Shown here piece by piece: positions 1 to 13,669 of a stretch of 64,000 nt of DNA (positions are counted from its first letter, which is position 1; each line of letters opens with the position of its first letter). The position numbers and the translations under genes are program-made. The stretch spans positions 1 to 64,000 of the forward strand of contig JALJEE010002061.1 of assembly GCA_023231475.1 (NCBI GenBank). Reading direction: 5' to 3'. The DNA comes from Seison nebaliae. Lineage: Eukaryota. The notes beneath the pieces are model-generated. The model worked only from the letters and a program-made list of their open reading frames with translations, was not told where the DNA came from and ran no database searches.

Positions 1-160
1 AATAATTTCCCGGATTGGGTACATTGTATGAGATCTTCTCACCTTCCCTCACTCCTTTCTTACTACACTCTCTTTCCATATCTGATAAGAATTTATTGTC
101 ATCGAACGTTATTTTTACTCTCACGTCTTCTTCACTACAATGTTCTACCTACAATACCTA

Positions 161-820
161 CTACTTTCCTTTCCACCACCACCACCACCACAACCACTGG
201 CTTCCGCACTGGCTCATTCTTCTCACCATTACATCATAAACCGTTTTCAGATTTTTTGATAAGACTGCGAGGATGACTATATCATCAGCATATGCAAGAA
301 CTGCGGGATAATTATAGTTTTCCAATCTAAACGAGAATCGGTTGTTACACGGAATTATTACATCATCAAGTATTTTCCCAAAGATCCAAGGGGCGAGGAT
401 GGAACCTTGACATACGCCTTTATTAATTGCATATTCGTTTCCAATGTGCCCATTGATTTTTAATCGTTGTGGATTGATTATGTGTTTGATGTCATTGATT
501 TGTGGATTATTTGGTCGAAGATTTAACCAGAAACGTTTACAGTCATAATTCATAATAAAGGAGTTAAAGATCGTAGAGAGATTTTCTCTAATCAGTGATC
601 GAACTGCTCGTCTAAATACTTTCCTCTCTTTCGCAAGTTCATTATAATTTTCGGATGTATTCGATTGTCGGTGTTTCCTATTCGATATCCTCACTTTTTC
701 CTTGAGATGACGAATAGCATCAAAATTATAGATGTTCCTTCTTCTTCGATTTTCAGATCGTGATGTAAAGTAACCTGCAACAGACAGGTTTTGATTCAAC
801 GATGTAAAATTCTCATACAA
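161..820 (-). mobile_element. Degenerate, internally deleted non-LTR retrotransposon (LINE) reverse transcriptase fragment
   Basis: ORF contains RT motifs GVCQGSILAPWIF and LAYADDIVIL, preceded by a basic helical linker (ERKVFRRAVR...KRFWLNLR) resembling the endonuclease-RT linker of APE-type LINEs. The N-terminal RT subdomains between them are missing and the ORF ends in an (ACC)n microsatellite. Confidence 0.8.
172..197 (+). repeat. (CCA/ACC)n microsatellite
   Basis: ccaccaccaccaccaccacaaccac seen directly. Confidence 0.85.
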
Positions 821-1165
821 ATATATTGGTTAATATAATTAATTTTTTATTTCTCATTTCGAATACTTCCAAATAACGGTACTATTGAGGAAGTCGACAA
901 ATGACAAATTGGAATGAATACTATTTCAAGATTTTACTTCATTTTATTTGTATAATGTATCCAAATCATATTTAATTATAGAAATGGTATAGAAAATGTT
1001 ATATAGTTTTGAATAAGGTTTTACTTTTAAAGAATAACAAAATTTGAAAAAAATTATTTCTTGTACCGAAATATCAAATTTTTATTATATTATTATTATT
1101 AAAAATATTATACAAAAATGTCATTTTCGTAGATTGTTTTGTTACACTATACCGTTTTTGTCACA

Positions 1166-2040
1166 TCATTCATTCCTCTCGATTTGAGAGTTCCCACTAG
1201 CATCAGTATTTTCTTCATCATCTGTTCCACTTAATCGTTTTTCTTTAGTTCGCCGATTTTGAAACCAAACTTTAACCTAGGAAGAATAAAATAAAAAAAT
1301 ATTTGGATAAAATTAAAATAAACTTGTGTTTCACTTAAATTTAATTCTTGCGCTAATAGTTTTCGTTCTTGACCGACAACATAATGGTTTTCCTCGAAAG
1401 CTTTCTCTAAATCGATCAATTGACTAGGAGAGAAAGCGGTTCGAATTCTTTTAGGTTTTCGATAAGAAATTGCAACCGCTGCGATAGAAGCTTGACATAA
1501 CATTGCTGTTGTCAATAATCGAGTGGCAGCTTCGGACGAGAATGTTTTTGTTGAATTGTTAATCAAATTATAAAACTCATTTGATTGCCCTAATGTGGTT
1601 GTGATTGAAGTTGACGATGATGATGATGGTAATGGTAATGATGGTAATGATGATCTTAAAGTATCATTATTATTTTTGTATATTGAGTTAGCTGCTTGTT
1701 GAAGAACTTGTCCGAAAATTTGATTTGAGATATCCGTCGATCCTTCCGACGAATGATGACGGAGATTTTTCGAATTTTTATTCTCTAATTCAAATTGATT
1801 GGAATGGATTATTTCATTGAAATATTTCGGTTTCTTTGTTTCTCCATAATTCGATAACGCTAAAGTTGAGGAACGTTTCAATCTTTCTTGTTTGATGGTG
1901 TTTGTTGATAATTGATGACGAAGTAAATTCTCATTTTTAGATGACGTATAAGAACATCGATTCTGTTCACATTTTCTCACGTCGATATTCTCGCTATTTT
2001 TCTCATCAACAATCAAAGAATCGATAAGAAAACCAGCCAT
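1166..2040 (-). CDS. Emx: Emx/empty spiracles homeobox transcription factor; 2 exons (intron 1277-1323)
   Basis: Spliced homeodomain [61 protein letters not shown]-terminal eh1-like motif FLIDSLI; a 47-nt GTTTAT...CTAG intron restores helix 3. Confidence 0.93.
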
Positions 2041-5000
2041 TCTCGTTCCAATAACGATGGATTGTTTTTTCGCGAAAAAAAAGAAAAGGAAATGTAACAG
2101 TCAAATTGAATGAGAAGTTAAATTGGAAGAGAAGAAAATGAAATCTGTTCTGTAGATTGGAAAGTTAATTAAAGAATTTTTTATGACAAAATTGAAAGCA
2201 ATCAAGATTAATCGTTTCAGTAAATTTTATGAGTTGGCACTCGTCTCATATTTTCATGTGTGAAAGACGTTATGTAACCAATTTACTTATTTCCAATAAA
2301 ATTTTCTTCATGAACGAATCTATGAGTGAGATTCCATCGACTTAAATGACCGGAAAAAGGTAATTGGAATTGATGGATATATCGTACGTAGATTGGATTT
2401 CTTCTTCACCGCAATCATAAACCAATCAGATTCTTAAACGATTTGACATTAACGAAATTTGCGAGAAATCGTATTTGTCATTTTCCATTAATTCCTATCA
2501 ATTTCTACGAAATCACTTCGGTTAAAACAAATAACAATTACAACCATCATCAGCAATAATGATGATACTATTATCATTTCAATGGAATGTCTCCAATTGA
2601 TGGTTGATTGAAAATAAAAGACAACTCTTCAATTCTCTCTAATCTACTAATTCCGTCGTCTGAGTCTCGTTCACCACAACCGTTCTTTTATCGATCGATA
2701 GGAATGGGAAAATAATTGAAATTAATTTTATCTGAACGAAAGAATTCGAGAGAGAAATACATCTACCATCACAATATCTGGTAATTAGTTGATTGAGAAG
2801 TGAAACGGTGAAATTTCGTTGAGGGATCATCGAGATTTCTAGCTATTTCCACGACACATATTGGTATACTAATTGCAAATTATAATTGTGGAACATTAAT
2901 CCGTAAATAAATAAAATTGATTCACTTCTCGTGGACGTTAAGTGAAAGTGATGATAAATGGAATTGGAAGAAAAGAGAATGGACATTTGTGAATTGAGCA
3001 TCGATTAATTGGAGGAACGTGAAGAAATATGAATTATAAAAGAGATTAAGTTACTTTCATGAGACTCATCTAACTATCCATTTTCGTTCAACTTTCTCGC
3101 TTCTCCCTACGATATCGATGAAGAAGATGATGATGATGTATTCGATTACAAGAGAAGAATGAGATTCTTTTTTATTAACTGATAAGGTATTGTTCATAGA
3201 TTATCCATTATTCGTGACTATTCAATTTGACTATTCGTTTAAAAATTTTCTTAAAAACTTTGTAATGGATAACAATTATCATCATCACTTTCTCGTTTCA
3301 ATTGCCAATTAATCTAATCAATTGTATATATGTAGATTAAGGAAGTTAAATCCACAATTCAACATTTATTCAATCGGAACATTGGAACAAGTCTCTTTGA
3401 CAGATCATTTCTATTCATTCGGCTCATTACTATTTCGACTTGAAATGGAGATAGACAAATAATTAGGGATAATAATTAGTTAGCTGCCTTGTTACTAATA
3501 ACGATTCGATGAATGATAACATTTCTTTTCAAGAAGCAAAACGACAGTAGTCGGACGATGAAGAAATGTAATTGATGAAAATTCCTGTTATTTACCAAGT
3601 ACAACTCATTAAAGATCAAAGTTTTCTTTCTCTCAAAGAAAATATTCACATTTGCCGCTCACTTCCAAATTTCCATTCCAACGACAACGTTAATAAATGA
3701 TAATATGGTTAATTGACAAGAACGATCGTGCCAAATTGGAAGAATCGAATGAGGAGAAATAGAATTAAATTAATGCGAATTCTTCCTTTAACACATTCAT
3801 ATTCTGCACCGAAACTGCACAATTTCGTCGTTAGATTAGTTCGTTCTCGTTAGTTGATATCTATATGTTTGAACGATCATTTATAATTGAAGTCTGTTGC
3901 AATTAATACTTTTTAAAGAGAATTCTGATTGAATGTGGATTGAGTAGGTAGGCAGAGAAACTATAGCAACTAATAAGATGATAATGACAATCTCTCTTTG
4001 AAATGGATAAATATGCATTAAATATCGAATGAACGATTGCTGCACGTTATTTGTTAGTAAAATGATGTGCAAATATCAATTAATCGAAAGAATAAAGTTA
4101 GGAGGAAAATTCTTTTTTACTTCTATCACTTCCGATACGTTGTGTCATGTTCCCAATACAATTATTATTATTATTCATTCATAAAATGACGAGAAAAAAA
4201 TTGTTTCGATAAATCATTTATTATAAAGTTGCAATAGTCTTTTATTAGATAGAATCCATCAATTAGACCAGAGAATGTCGAGTTCGTGTTCCTTAATCTG
4301 CCACTTTTCTTTTGATTCTATAACGATTTTGGGTAACTCTCCGGGCCACATATCTCACTTTCCCAATATTCTCTACTTGTCATTCATTCTTCAAATTAAT
4401 GTCGTTCTAAATAGAAACAATGTAAAAATAATTTCATATATCTGATTTGTTTGAATATTATTCTAACAAAATTCTCTTGATCAGGTACCTGCTTGAAAAA
4501 CCTGATCATAAGAACTTATCAAAACAATTTAACATTCTCCACACTTTTCCATTACTAACAGAACGTGGAGAATAAAATGAATTGAATTTTGAACTTAACC
4601 AAATTAATACCCACAATAACAACAATTAAAGAACTTGTTATTGAATACCGATGATAAAGTATGATGAATGTCATTTGATGGTGTACAAATTCCTCCAAGA
4701 TAGAGTCTCGAATTGAACTGAAAAATTTTATTTAAAAATTATAATTTAAAAAAAATTTTAAAGAATGGTAACTTCTTTTTTTTCAATGAATTATTAATGA
4801 TTATTAAGAATTATCATTCTAAAAGAATGTTCATTAAATATTAGTCTTATCCAAGCTTCCATCAAACAATATACCATAACACTTAATTTACTACTTATTT
4901 TACTTACTTTGTTAGTAAAAAAAGAGGTATGTAATTTTCATTTTATTTCCTTGAAACTTTCAATTGACTGAAGTTGATGAAGTGCTTGAGAAGTAATGAA

Positions 5001-5241
5001 CATTATTAGTAATAAGGACATCACATACATATCGGACTCAAATTATTAAATGTGTTCCAGAATAAATGTTTTCTATTTCCTATATTTGAAATATTTTAAC
5101 GAAATCTTCAACTAAATTTAGTTATGGAAGAATTTATGAAATATTGAAAGTGAGCGCATATATAGTTGAATTGTGTACAATCAGATAACAAAAATTGTAT
5201 TTTGAAGGACGAAAGTGTCGATTTAAAGTTGAGCTTTTCAA

Positions 5242-8200
5242 ATGAGTTTATTCTTTTTAATTTTCTTCATTTTTCCTGCAGCTTCCAATGCCCTGACGTC
5301 GGACATTCGACTCTGCTCTTCGTTTCGCAGTCGACATCATGTGTCAAAGGAGAAGATGGAACTTTATTCAAAGTGCAAGATAATTTACGGAGATGTTTTC
5401 ATCTTTTTCCATAGTCAATCGTCGAAAGCCACGACTAAATTATCTTTCACAAATCTTCAAATTGTCACTGGATATATTTTTGTTTATCGGGCGAGAAATA
5501 TTGAGAATTTACGCGACGTCTTCCCCAAACTCCGAGTAATTCGCGGCGAGTCATTAATCAAAGAAGCATCTTTATTGATTATCGATTGTGAGGATTTAAG
5601 ATCGTTGACACTCTCGTCGTTAATTAGAATTGAACGTGGAAATGTTGTGATCTTACACAACAATAATTTATGTCTCTCTAATCAAATCGATTGGGAAATG
5701 ATAATTGACGAAAATTATCGATCACATTTCCAATTTAACGGACATGGTACGACTTGTTTCCAGAAATGTTCAACGAATTTTTGTTTGGAAAGACGAGAAT
5801 CGACGAAAGAGAAATTTCATTTGAAAAATGAAAAATTATTATGTTGGAATGAGAATGAATGTCAATCCATTTGTAACATCAATTCCTGTACGAGAAAAGA
5901 TTATGAGAAGGACAATTGTTTGATTAAGAGTGGTGAATGTTTATGTCATTCTCAATGTCGATATGGTTGTTATGAGAAAGATTCTCCTTTGAATTGTGTA
6001 GAATGTGAAAATGTTTCTTTTAACTTCTTTTTTTTTTCTAATTCTTATTCTATTTTCAGGTTTTCGATGAAGAAATCGGATGTGTCGACAAATGTCCAAC
6101 GAATAAATTGAATTTAAATGGAATTTGTATCGAGAAAGAATTATGCGGAAATTTATCGAAAGATTATGAATTCGCTTTTGAACTCAATTCGACTCAAATG
6201 AAAATATTCGAAGATCGATGTGTCGATAAATGTCCGTTGAATTATCATTCGATGAATGACGACACATTTTGTCGGAAATGTTCCGAAGATGATTGTCTCA
6301 ATGATTGTAGTAAGAGTAATCATTCACCCATCATAACGACGATGCAAGAATTAGAATTATTGAAGGATTGTGAAATAGTGAGTGAGATTCATATTCGATT
6401 GAAATCTATCGATGAAACGAATTTGATGGAAGAATTGAGAAGGAATTTGAGAAATGTGAGAATTGTGAAAAATTTTATTTACATCGAAAATTCAAATATT
6501 AATTCAATCGACTTCCTACCAAATCTTCAACGAATCGAAGGAATTGAAACGATGGAAACATTCTCATTTTATCTTTATTCAAATTTGAAATTGAAATCAC
6601 TCGAACGGAAATCGAACAATCGATTAAAAATCAATGGTGAAATTTTCATCGGTTATAATCGATTGTTATGTATGGACGAAATCGAACGATTTTTCAATTC
6701 CACAAATAAAAAGTTCGATCGGAATAAATATCTTATGAATGGAGATGAAGCGATATGTCATCAGATCAATCTCAACATTTCCCTCACTCAATTATTCGAC
6801 AAACAATTCTCTCATCGATATTCGAACGAGAATGAACTACATGATAAATTGGAGGAGTTGAATGAAATTTATGAGAAATATAAAGAAGTTATTCCATCAT
6901 CAATTCTCAGTGAATCATCAAAAACGGATTTTTATCGTAAAATTTTAATTCGATGGAAAAAATTATCAGGGAATTATTCAATTCATTCAATTCTCGCTTA
7001 TCAATTCCATTATTGTAAAGTGGATGATAACTTAGATGAGAACGAATGGAACGTTCTCTATCTAATTGATGATTATGGTGATGACGAATATTATCAGTTT
7101 ATTCTCAATGAACAACATTTTCAAACGAACAAAATCTATCGATATTATTTACGATCAATCATGTACAATTTAACGACCGAATCATTCGTTAGTGAAACAA
7201 ACAAATTTTCCATTCATTCACATCATCCCACTATTTATTCGACGATTCCCGTTGAAGCGACAAGTCTCGACCATCAAACCATATCGATAAATTGGAAGAA
7301 TTTGTTCTTGTATTCCATCCCTACACATTTCTATCTCATCCAATGGCAATCAATTCCGATCGATATTGATAATTCTCATAATTTCTGTAAATCAAAATTA
7401 AATTTGAATCAAATTCTCGACGTCTCCTCAAATTATTCGACGAAAGAAGAAAAATTTCCATTGTCAGATACATGTATAAAAACATCGAAGAAGAATGAAC
7501 GATCGTTCTCTTCCATTAATCTTAGGAGGTCGATTATCGAACATGCAGGAAATGAGGCATTTGGTCGAAATTCCAAAAAAAATGATTATTGGAAAGAATT
7601 CGTTGAAGTGAACGAGACACGAATTGATGATTATAACAAATTCGATTGGAATCAATTTTTCTCCGACGACGACGACGACGATGACGAGACATTACGCGTT
7701 CGAAAAAGTTTATCGAATGGAAATGAAATAATTTATTCATTAATGAAACTAAAAAGTAATCAGTTCCAAATCATTAAAAATGAAAATATCGATCGATTAT
7801 CTCGCAATCTTACCAATTTGTCATATGAACATCCAATTCTTATTAAGTTAAGTGTTTGCTTCCAACAATCCAATCATTTCATTAATACCATCAATGATTA
7901 TTTAATGGAAGAATATTTAAATTTAAATAAATCATCCATTTCCGTTCCTCAATATTTTTCTGAACGTACCAAATATTTCCGACCGTTAGAGGAATCGTGT
8001 AACGAGATTTCAGTAATGAAAATGATGACGAAATCGAAAGAGAATGTCGATCAAATCGACAAATTGAGTGGAAAGAGAATTTTTGTGAAAAATCGAAATC
8101 TCATCGAATTGACATTCGAACAACCGGAAAAACCGAACGGAATGATCTTCTTTTATCAAATCCGTTATCGAAGAATTAGTAAAAATGATGACGAATATCA

Positions 8201-9818
8201 TTGGCAGTATTATTGTATCAATCATCAGAATAGTAGTTCAATTTCCATCAATTTAACGAATATTCTCAGTTCATCATTATATGGAATAAGTGTGAGTGGA
8301 CGGTCGTTGAATGAGAAAGAATATTGGTCAAAAATGATTTATGTAGAAATACCATCAATCCAATCGACAATGATGAGAAAGATGATTATTTCACTTCTCA
8401 TTCTCTTCCTTTTCTTTATCGTCCTCTTCTCTTCCTTGATGATTATTCGAAGGAGAAGAAAAATGAAATCAAAATGGATTCCACAAACTAATCTCCAATT
8501 TTATGTTTCAAGTGAACATTGTGATTTCGTGAAGAATTGTCTCATTCCACAACAAGTCATTTATCGAACAAATGTGACGGTAGGTGTTGGATATTTTAGT
8601 AACGTTTATCTCGGTATCATTCCATCTCCATCATTCTATAGGAATGATAAATTAGCAACGAATAGAAAAGATTTTTTGGAAAAATTCAAATCCGATCCAA
8701 ATGGATGTCAATGGAATAAAGTCGCTATTAAATGTCTATCCAATAAAATTGATGAATTATCTTATAAGAAAATTTTGGTAGAAGCGATTCAAATGAGACA
8801 ATTAATGTCTTCTCATATCATCTCATTTTATGGAATTACTCGAATGAATGACGAGAATAATGAAGAGGAATCGGATCATATTCAATTTCATAATAATCAA
8901 ATTCTTCCATCACCAACAGCCATCGTAATGGAATTTATGTCGTTAGGTGATTTGAATACTCTCATCAAATCATTCACAATTGAAACGGAGAATCTTCAAG
9001 TTCTTCTCAAACAATTCTGTGGTGAGATTGCCGATGGAATGTTATTCCTTCATTCTAAACGATTCATTCATCGAGATCTCGCCACTAGAAACATTTTAGT
9101 TAATGAGAATTTAATAGCAAAAATTGGAGATTTCGGTCTAGCTAAAGATCTTTATAGTCGCGACTATTATTCATGGTCATCAAAAAAATCGGAAATTCCA
9201 ATTCGATGGATGTCACCAGAAGCGTTGGATGGACGTGCTTCTTATCCGGCTGATGTTTGGAGTTATGGAATTGTTCTCTGGGAAATATTCACGTTAGGAC
9301 GAGTGCCATATGATTTCTTCAACGACAACATTCAAGTTATAACATTCATCAAATGTAAAGGTACATTACCATCACCTGATAATTCGCCATCCATCATAAA
9401 TAATCTGATAAAGAATTGTCTTAAATTCAAGGGAATTGAACGTCCAACATTTCATGACATCTTAACTCAATTGTTACCATATCAGAAAAGTAAATTCCCA
9501 TATTATTCCTATTTCCATAATGGATACTCACCAAACGCTTGTCAACTCCAACGACAAATGTTCACATTACCAGAACGATTCAATCTTCGATATCAACATC
9601 GCAGCGACGACGAATCTGATGTAACGAAAATTTCAGAAATCTCGCCCGAACATTCAACGAAAAAGACTCCGTCCACTAAATTCTCTAGATTGTCCACGTT
9701 AACAAATGACAAAATTTTTCATTGTGATACGGACAGTGATTTCGATCATCCAGCCAACGAAGAAGTCAATCATCTCTTGAATGTGATCGAAGAGAATATT
9801 GACAAAGTCTTTCATTAA
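5242..9818 (+). CDS. InR: Insulin/IGF receptor-family receptor tyrosine kinase; 2 exons (intron 6013-6059)
   Basis: Signal peptide; L1 domain (LRDVFPKLRVIRGESL); furin-like Cys-rich region; L2; FnIII (PEKPNGMIFFYQI); TM helix; kinase with VAIK, HRDLATRN and DFGLAKDLYSRDYY. A 47-nt intron joins ORFs 5242 and 6108 in frame. Confidence 0.93.
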
Positions 9819-9932
9819 CTTCATTCTTGTTTCCTGAAATTCAGTTTAGTTTTTTTTTTACATTTCAATATTTTCTACTGCAGCTCTTTTTCAATAAAAT
9901 TCTTTCACCATGATAACAAATTTATCTAATTA

Positions 9933-10252
9933 CCGTCTTGTGGGGCAAAGTGAGACACTTCGTACCAAGCTTCTTTTTATTAGTCCTAAATAATTTTCCT
10001 AATATGTAAATTTCTTTTAAAATAGTTTTATAGGTTTAAAACATCGATCAACATCATAATCAAAAATATTTTAAAATGGATGCAACTTTTTTCTTATTTA
10101 AAATCCGATAAAAATGAATTCATATTATGAAAGTACATATTTTATTGAACCTATAAAACTATTATAAAATAAATTGACATCTTATTAAAATTATTCAGGG
10201 CTAATAAAAAGAAGCTTAGTACGAAGTGTCTCATTTTGCACCCACAAGACGG
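9933..10252. mobile_element. MITE (non-autonomous Tc1/mariner-superfamily-like element), 320 bp, ~105-bp imperfect terminal inverted repeats, TA target duplication
   Basis: Left end TA|CCGTCTTGTGGGGCAAAGTGAGACACTTCGTACCAAGCTTCTTTTTATTAG is nearly the reverse complement of the right end CTAATAAAAAGAAGCTTAGTACGAAGTGTCTCATTTTGCACCCACAAGACGG|TA; no coding capacity. Confidence 0.88.
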
Positions 10253-10498
10253 TAAATCAATATCACTGAAATATTATTAAATATTAAATTATATTAAAAC
10301 TAACTGAAATTCGAAAGAACCAATAAGAGAAAAGGGAAAAATTTTATAATTAGTAATTGACATTTTTTAAACTGGAGATTGTTAACAGTTCAAAATTAAA
10401 TTTTATGATAAAAATTGCACGTAAATAATTCTGGAAGAATATCAGACTTTTAACGAATTCAATTTAATGAATTTAAATAATTTAATGAGAATTGATAG

Positions 10499-12508
10499 TT
10501 ATCCAAGTATTTCATGGATCTTCTTCAAAGCGATTGGATGTAAACATTTTTCGATATCCTTTAAAATTTTCATTGCTCGATTTCTTCCTTTTCCTTCATC
10601 AAATTGAGCCATTGCTCGAAATAGAGAAAGTGAATATTTCATTCTCCCTTGTTGACGAACCATCTCCTCCCCCATATCCATTGCCACACTCACATCATTA
10701 TTCAATCCGACAATAATCCAATTAAAACGGATTTCTGAATTTCGATTTGACTCTAAATCGAACGATTTATTCATTCTTAAATATTTCATTTGACCAAACT
10801 TACTTCCAGCTTTCACTAATAAATGAGTCAACAAAATTTTCTGTGAAGTCATCAATGATTTGAATTGAGATGTGAATGAATCGATTTCTTTCTCACTTTC
10901 ACAATTCATCAAATCCGTCAACAATGTTTGACATTGTGCTTCCAATACTAAATTTAATTTTAATAGATCAATTTTAAAATGACCTTCTCTTTCAATAATT
11001 TCACATAATTCTTCGATCTGTTTCTTCTTTTTCTGATCAGTTTCTGGAAAGTGATGTAATAAAGCATTCACGAATTTCTCAGAAAACATATAACGATCAT
11101 GATAATCTGCTTTCAGAAATGATCCTTTTAAAAACTCCAAGAACAATTTATAATTATTTTCAAATAATTCTTGTTCTAACAATCGGAGGAATAATTGACC
11201 TTTTTCGTAGGGAACTGGCGAGACGGTATCATCCGGATCGATATTTTTCACATCGATTTTCAATTTCGTCAATAAACTTTTCTCCTTTTTCAACTTCTCA
11301 TCCGATTCACTATCCACCGTTCTTTTGATAAATAGATCGAGAATGTGATATCCATCATATGTCAAGAAATCACGAACTTGTTGGAAATTATGATTCGGAT
11401 AATTTTCACAAAACACTTTAGATACCACAATATTCTCGATATATCTCGTAACACCTTCATTCAACCAGAAATGTTCCCAATTAATATTCGTCATATAATT
11501 ACCGGACCATGAATGAGCAATTTCATGAGCAACGACTGACATTAATGATTTGTCTTCAGCGAATATGGTGGGAGTAAGAAATGAAAGACATGGATTCTCC
11601 ATACCACCATATGGAAATGATGGTGGTAATACTACCACATCATATCGTCCCCATGGATATTTAATTAATAAACTCTCAGCTGTATCTAAATAATTTGGGA
11701 GAACTGTCAATTCCTTAGCATATTTCTCCACCAGATCCGGTTCTGCCCAAACTTTCGATCGATAACTAATTTCTATCGATTTCATTTCACCAGCAACTGC
11801 CGCTAATAAATATGATGGAGTTGGTTGTGGTAATTGAAAATAAGAGATATTTTTCATATTTTTATGAATCGTATTCTCGATGGAATTGGACGGAAATAAA
11901 CCGATAATTGATTTCATCAAATTTTCATCTTCTTCAATTGCTGCCATCAAAATCTTTATATTTTCATCAGGACAACTCATTCGACCGAAAATCTTTTCAA
12001 TCTTCGATCCCGGACTATCCATACAAGGAACAATTGATCTGGCATGGATCGCTTGACATTGCGTGTACATAAACGGAGATTTTTTGAATGATGTTTGTTC
12101 ACTTGTCATCCAATTGATGGCTGATGAATCATCATGAATTTCATAATCGATTCGAATATTTATTGGTTTATTATCTTCATCTAATTGAATCGATAAACTA
12201 TTTCCCATAAAATCAGGAGTAATGGATGTCACTTTATATTCTAAGTCTCGACCATTCACCAAATTGGAGATACGATGGATCTTCTGATTCTCCATATCCA
12301 TCACAATTTGCTGATTATTCGACTCAGCTGTCCTTCGACTGAAATCGTAATAAGCTGACGCTTGAATACATTTTTTATTTAGATCAATATTCCAATCCAA
12401 AAATAAAGTTTTAATTGAGAAATTTTCATAATTACTGGTTGTACTCGGATCGATCATCGTTCTAATAGAGAAACTTCTTCTAAGGACTTTTAATAGAGAA
12501 ATATACAT
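10499..12508 (-). CDS. LTA4H: Leukotriene A4 hydrolase / M1 aminopeptidase, intronless
   Basis: YTQCQAIHARS, PPSFPYGGMENP, zinc motif HEIAHSW...WLNEG, VPYEKG, C-terminal QGRMKY. Confidence 0.92.
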   Translation of the reverse strand: MYISLLKVLRRSFSIRTMIDPSTTSNYENFSIKTLFLDWNIDLNKKCIQASAYYDFSRRTAESNNQQIVMDMENQKIHRISNLVNGRDLEYKVTSITPDFMGNSLSIQLDEDNKPINIRIDYEIHDDSSAINWMTSEQTSFKKSPFMYTQCQAIHARSIVPCMDSPGSKIEKIFGRMSCPDENIKILMAAIEEDENLMKSIIGLFPSNSIENTIHKNMKNISYFQLPQPTPSYLLAAVAGEMKSIEISYRSKVWAEPDLVEKYAKELTVLPNYLDTAESLLIKYPWGRYDVVVLPPSFPYGGMENPCLSFLTPTIFAEDKSLMSVVAHEIAHSWSGNYMTNINWEHFWLNEGVTRYIENIVVSKVFCENYPNHNFQQVRDFLTYDGYHILDLFIKRTVDSESDEKLKKEKSLLTKLKIDVKNIDPDDTVSPVPYEKGQLFLRLLEQELFENNYKLFLEFLKGSFLKADYHDRYMFSEKFVNALLHHFPETDQKKKKQIEELCEIIEREGHFKIDLLKLNLVLEAQCQTLLTDLMNCESEKEIDSFTSQFKSLMTSQKILLTHLLVKAGSKFGQMKYLRMNKSFDLESNRNSEIRFNWIIVGLNNDVSVAMDMGEEMVRQQGRMKYSLSLFRAMAQFDEGKGRNRAMKILKDIEKCLHPIALKKIHEILG

Positions 12509-13669
12509 AAAATTCTAGATAATTATCAAAATAAAATATCCATTAAAATAATACATAAAATCATTTTTATGGTGTTTTCAAAAATTAACATAATATCGAT
12601 ATTTAATACAATTTGTTTTATATTAAAAAATTTTAATAATCATCCACAAAAATGAAAGACATGAAAAGGTTCTGATGCGTCTTTCTAAAAGTTTTGTATT
12701 TCAATACGTTCATAATGAACATTTATCGTATTCCTTGATTGAATAAAATGAGAAATATTTTTATTCTGCAATAAACTTGAATTTTATGTATGACGAGATA
12801 GCGAAAATTTAAATTCTTACAACTTACATGCAATTTTCACCTTCTAAAAACTAAGGTTTCTAAATTTTAGCCTGCATGTTACTTGATAAAATCTGCATGT
12901 CAAAACTACCACTAGAAAGAATTTACAAGTGTAATTCTTATAATGAAAACTAAAATTGCAATTATATATCGAATTAAATGTTTGACCATTTTTTTCTACT
13001 ATTAATCTTCTGTTATATAAATTTTACTAATACGATATCGCTATTTCAAATAAGATGCTATTATTATATATAGAATTTAAGAATAAAACTTTTAATTAAT
13101 ACGTTTAAAGTTTAAACTCCATATTGTAATTTCGATTAAAACCTTTCTAAAGCTTAAGTTCAACTATCATCATCAATTTTTTCGTTATTTCGAAAATAAA
13201 TTGATTTTTTTAATAAGTTTTTTCTTTATGATTTATTCGACGAGAATTCGATCAGAATAAATTAATAAACAATAAAATAAAATATTGAAAAAAACTGATT
13301 ATTATTAATTTTTTCCCAATTTTCATTTAATAAAAAAGCAGTTAATGTCGATTTTCGAAATTGGGAAATTTCAAGTTTAGAAGAATTAAGTAGAAGAAAC
13401 GTCTGTGTTAATTGAAGCTATTAATAAAATTTGAATTGTAAGTTTTTCCGAAGAAAACCGGAAAATGAGAATATGATAAGTAATTTTAATATTTTCTATT
13501 TATTATTTCATTTCGATCAGTATCTATCTTTCATATATTAGAAGTATCTTTTCCCATTCTTTTCCATGATAAGATTGTTATTATTTTTGATGTTGTGTTG
13601 TGGAAGAAATGGTTAGTGGAATATAATTAATTTCGATTTGTGCAGATAGATAAATTGTGAGAAAAAAGA

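Noticed and set aside
15..276. Plus-strand ORFs with poly-His/poly-Thr
   Set aside because: Products of the (CCA)n microsatellite antisense to the LINE relic.
4472..4573. Two short inverted repeats (tgatcaggt/acctgatca; attctccac/gtggagaat)
   Set aside because: Only 9-15 bp, no target duplication or other context; compatible with chance.
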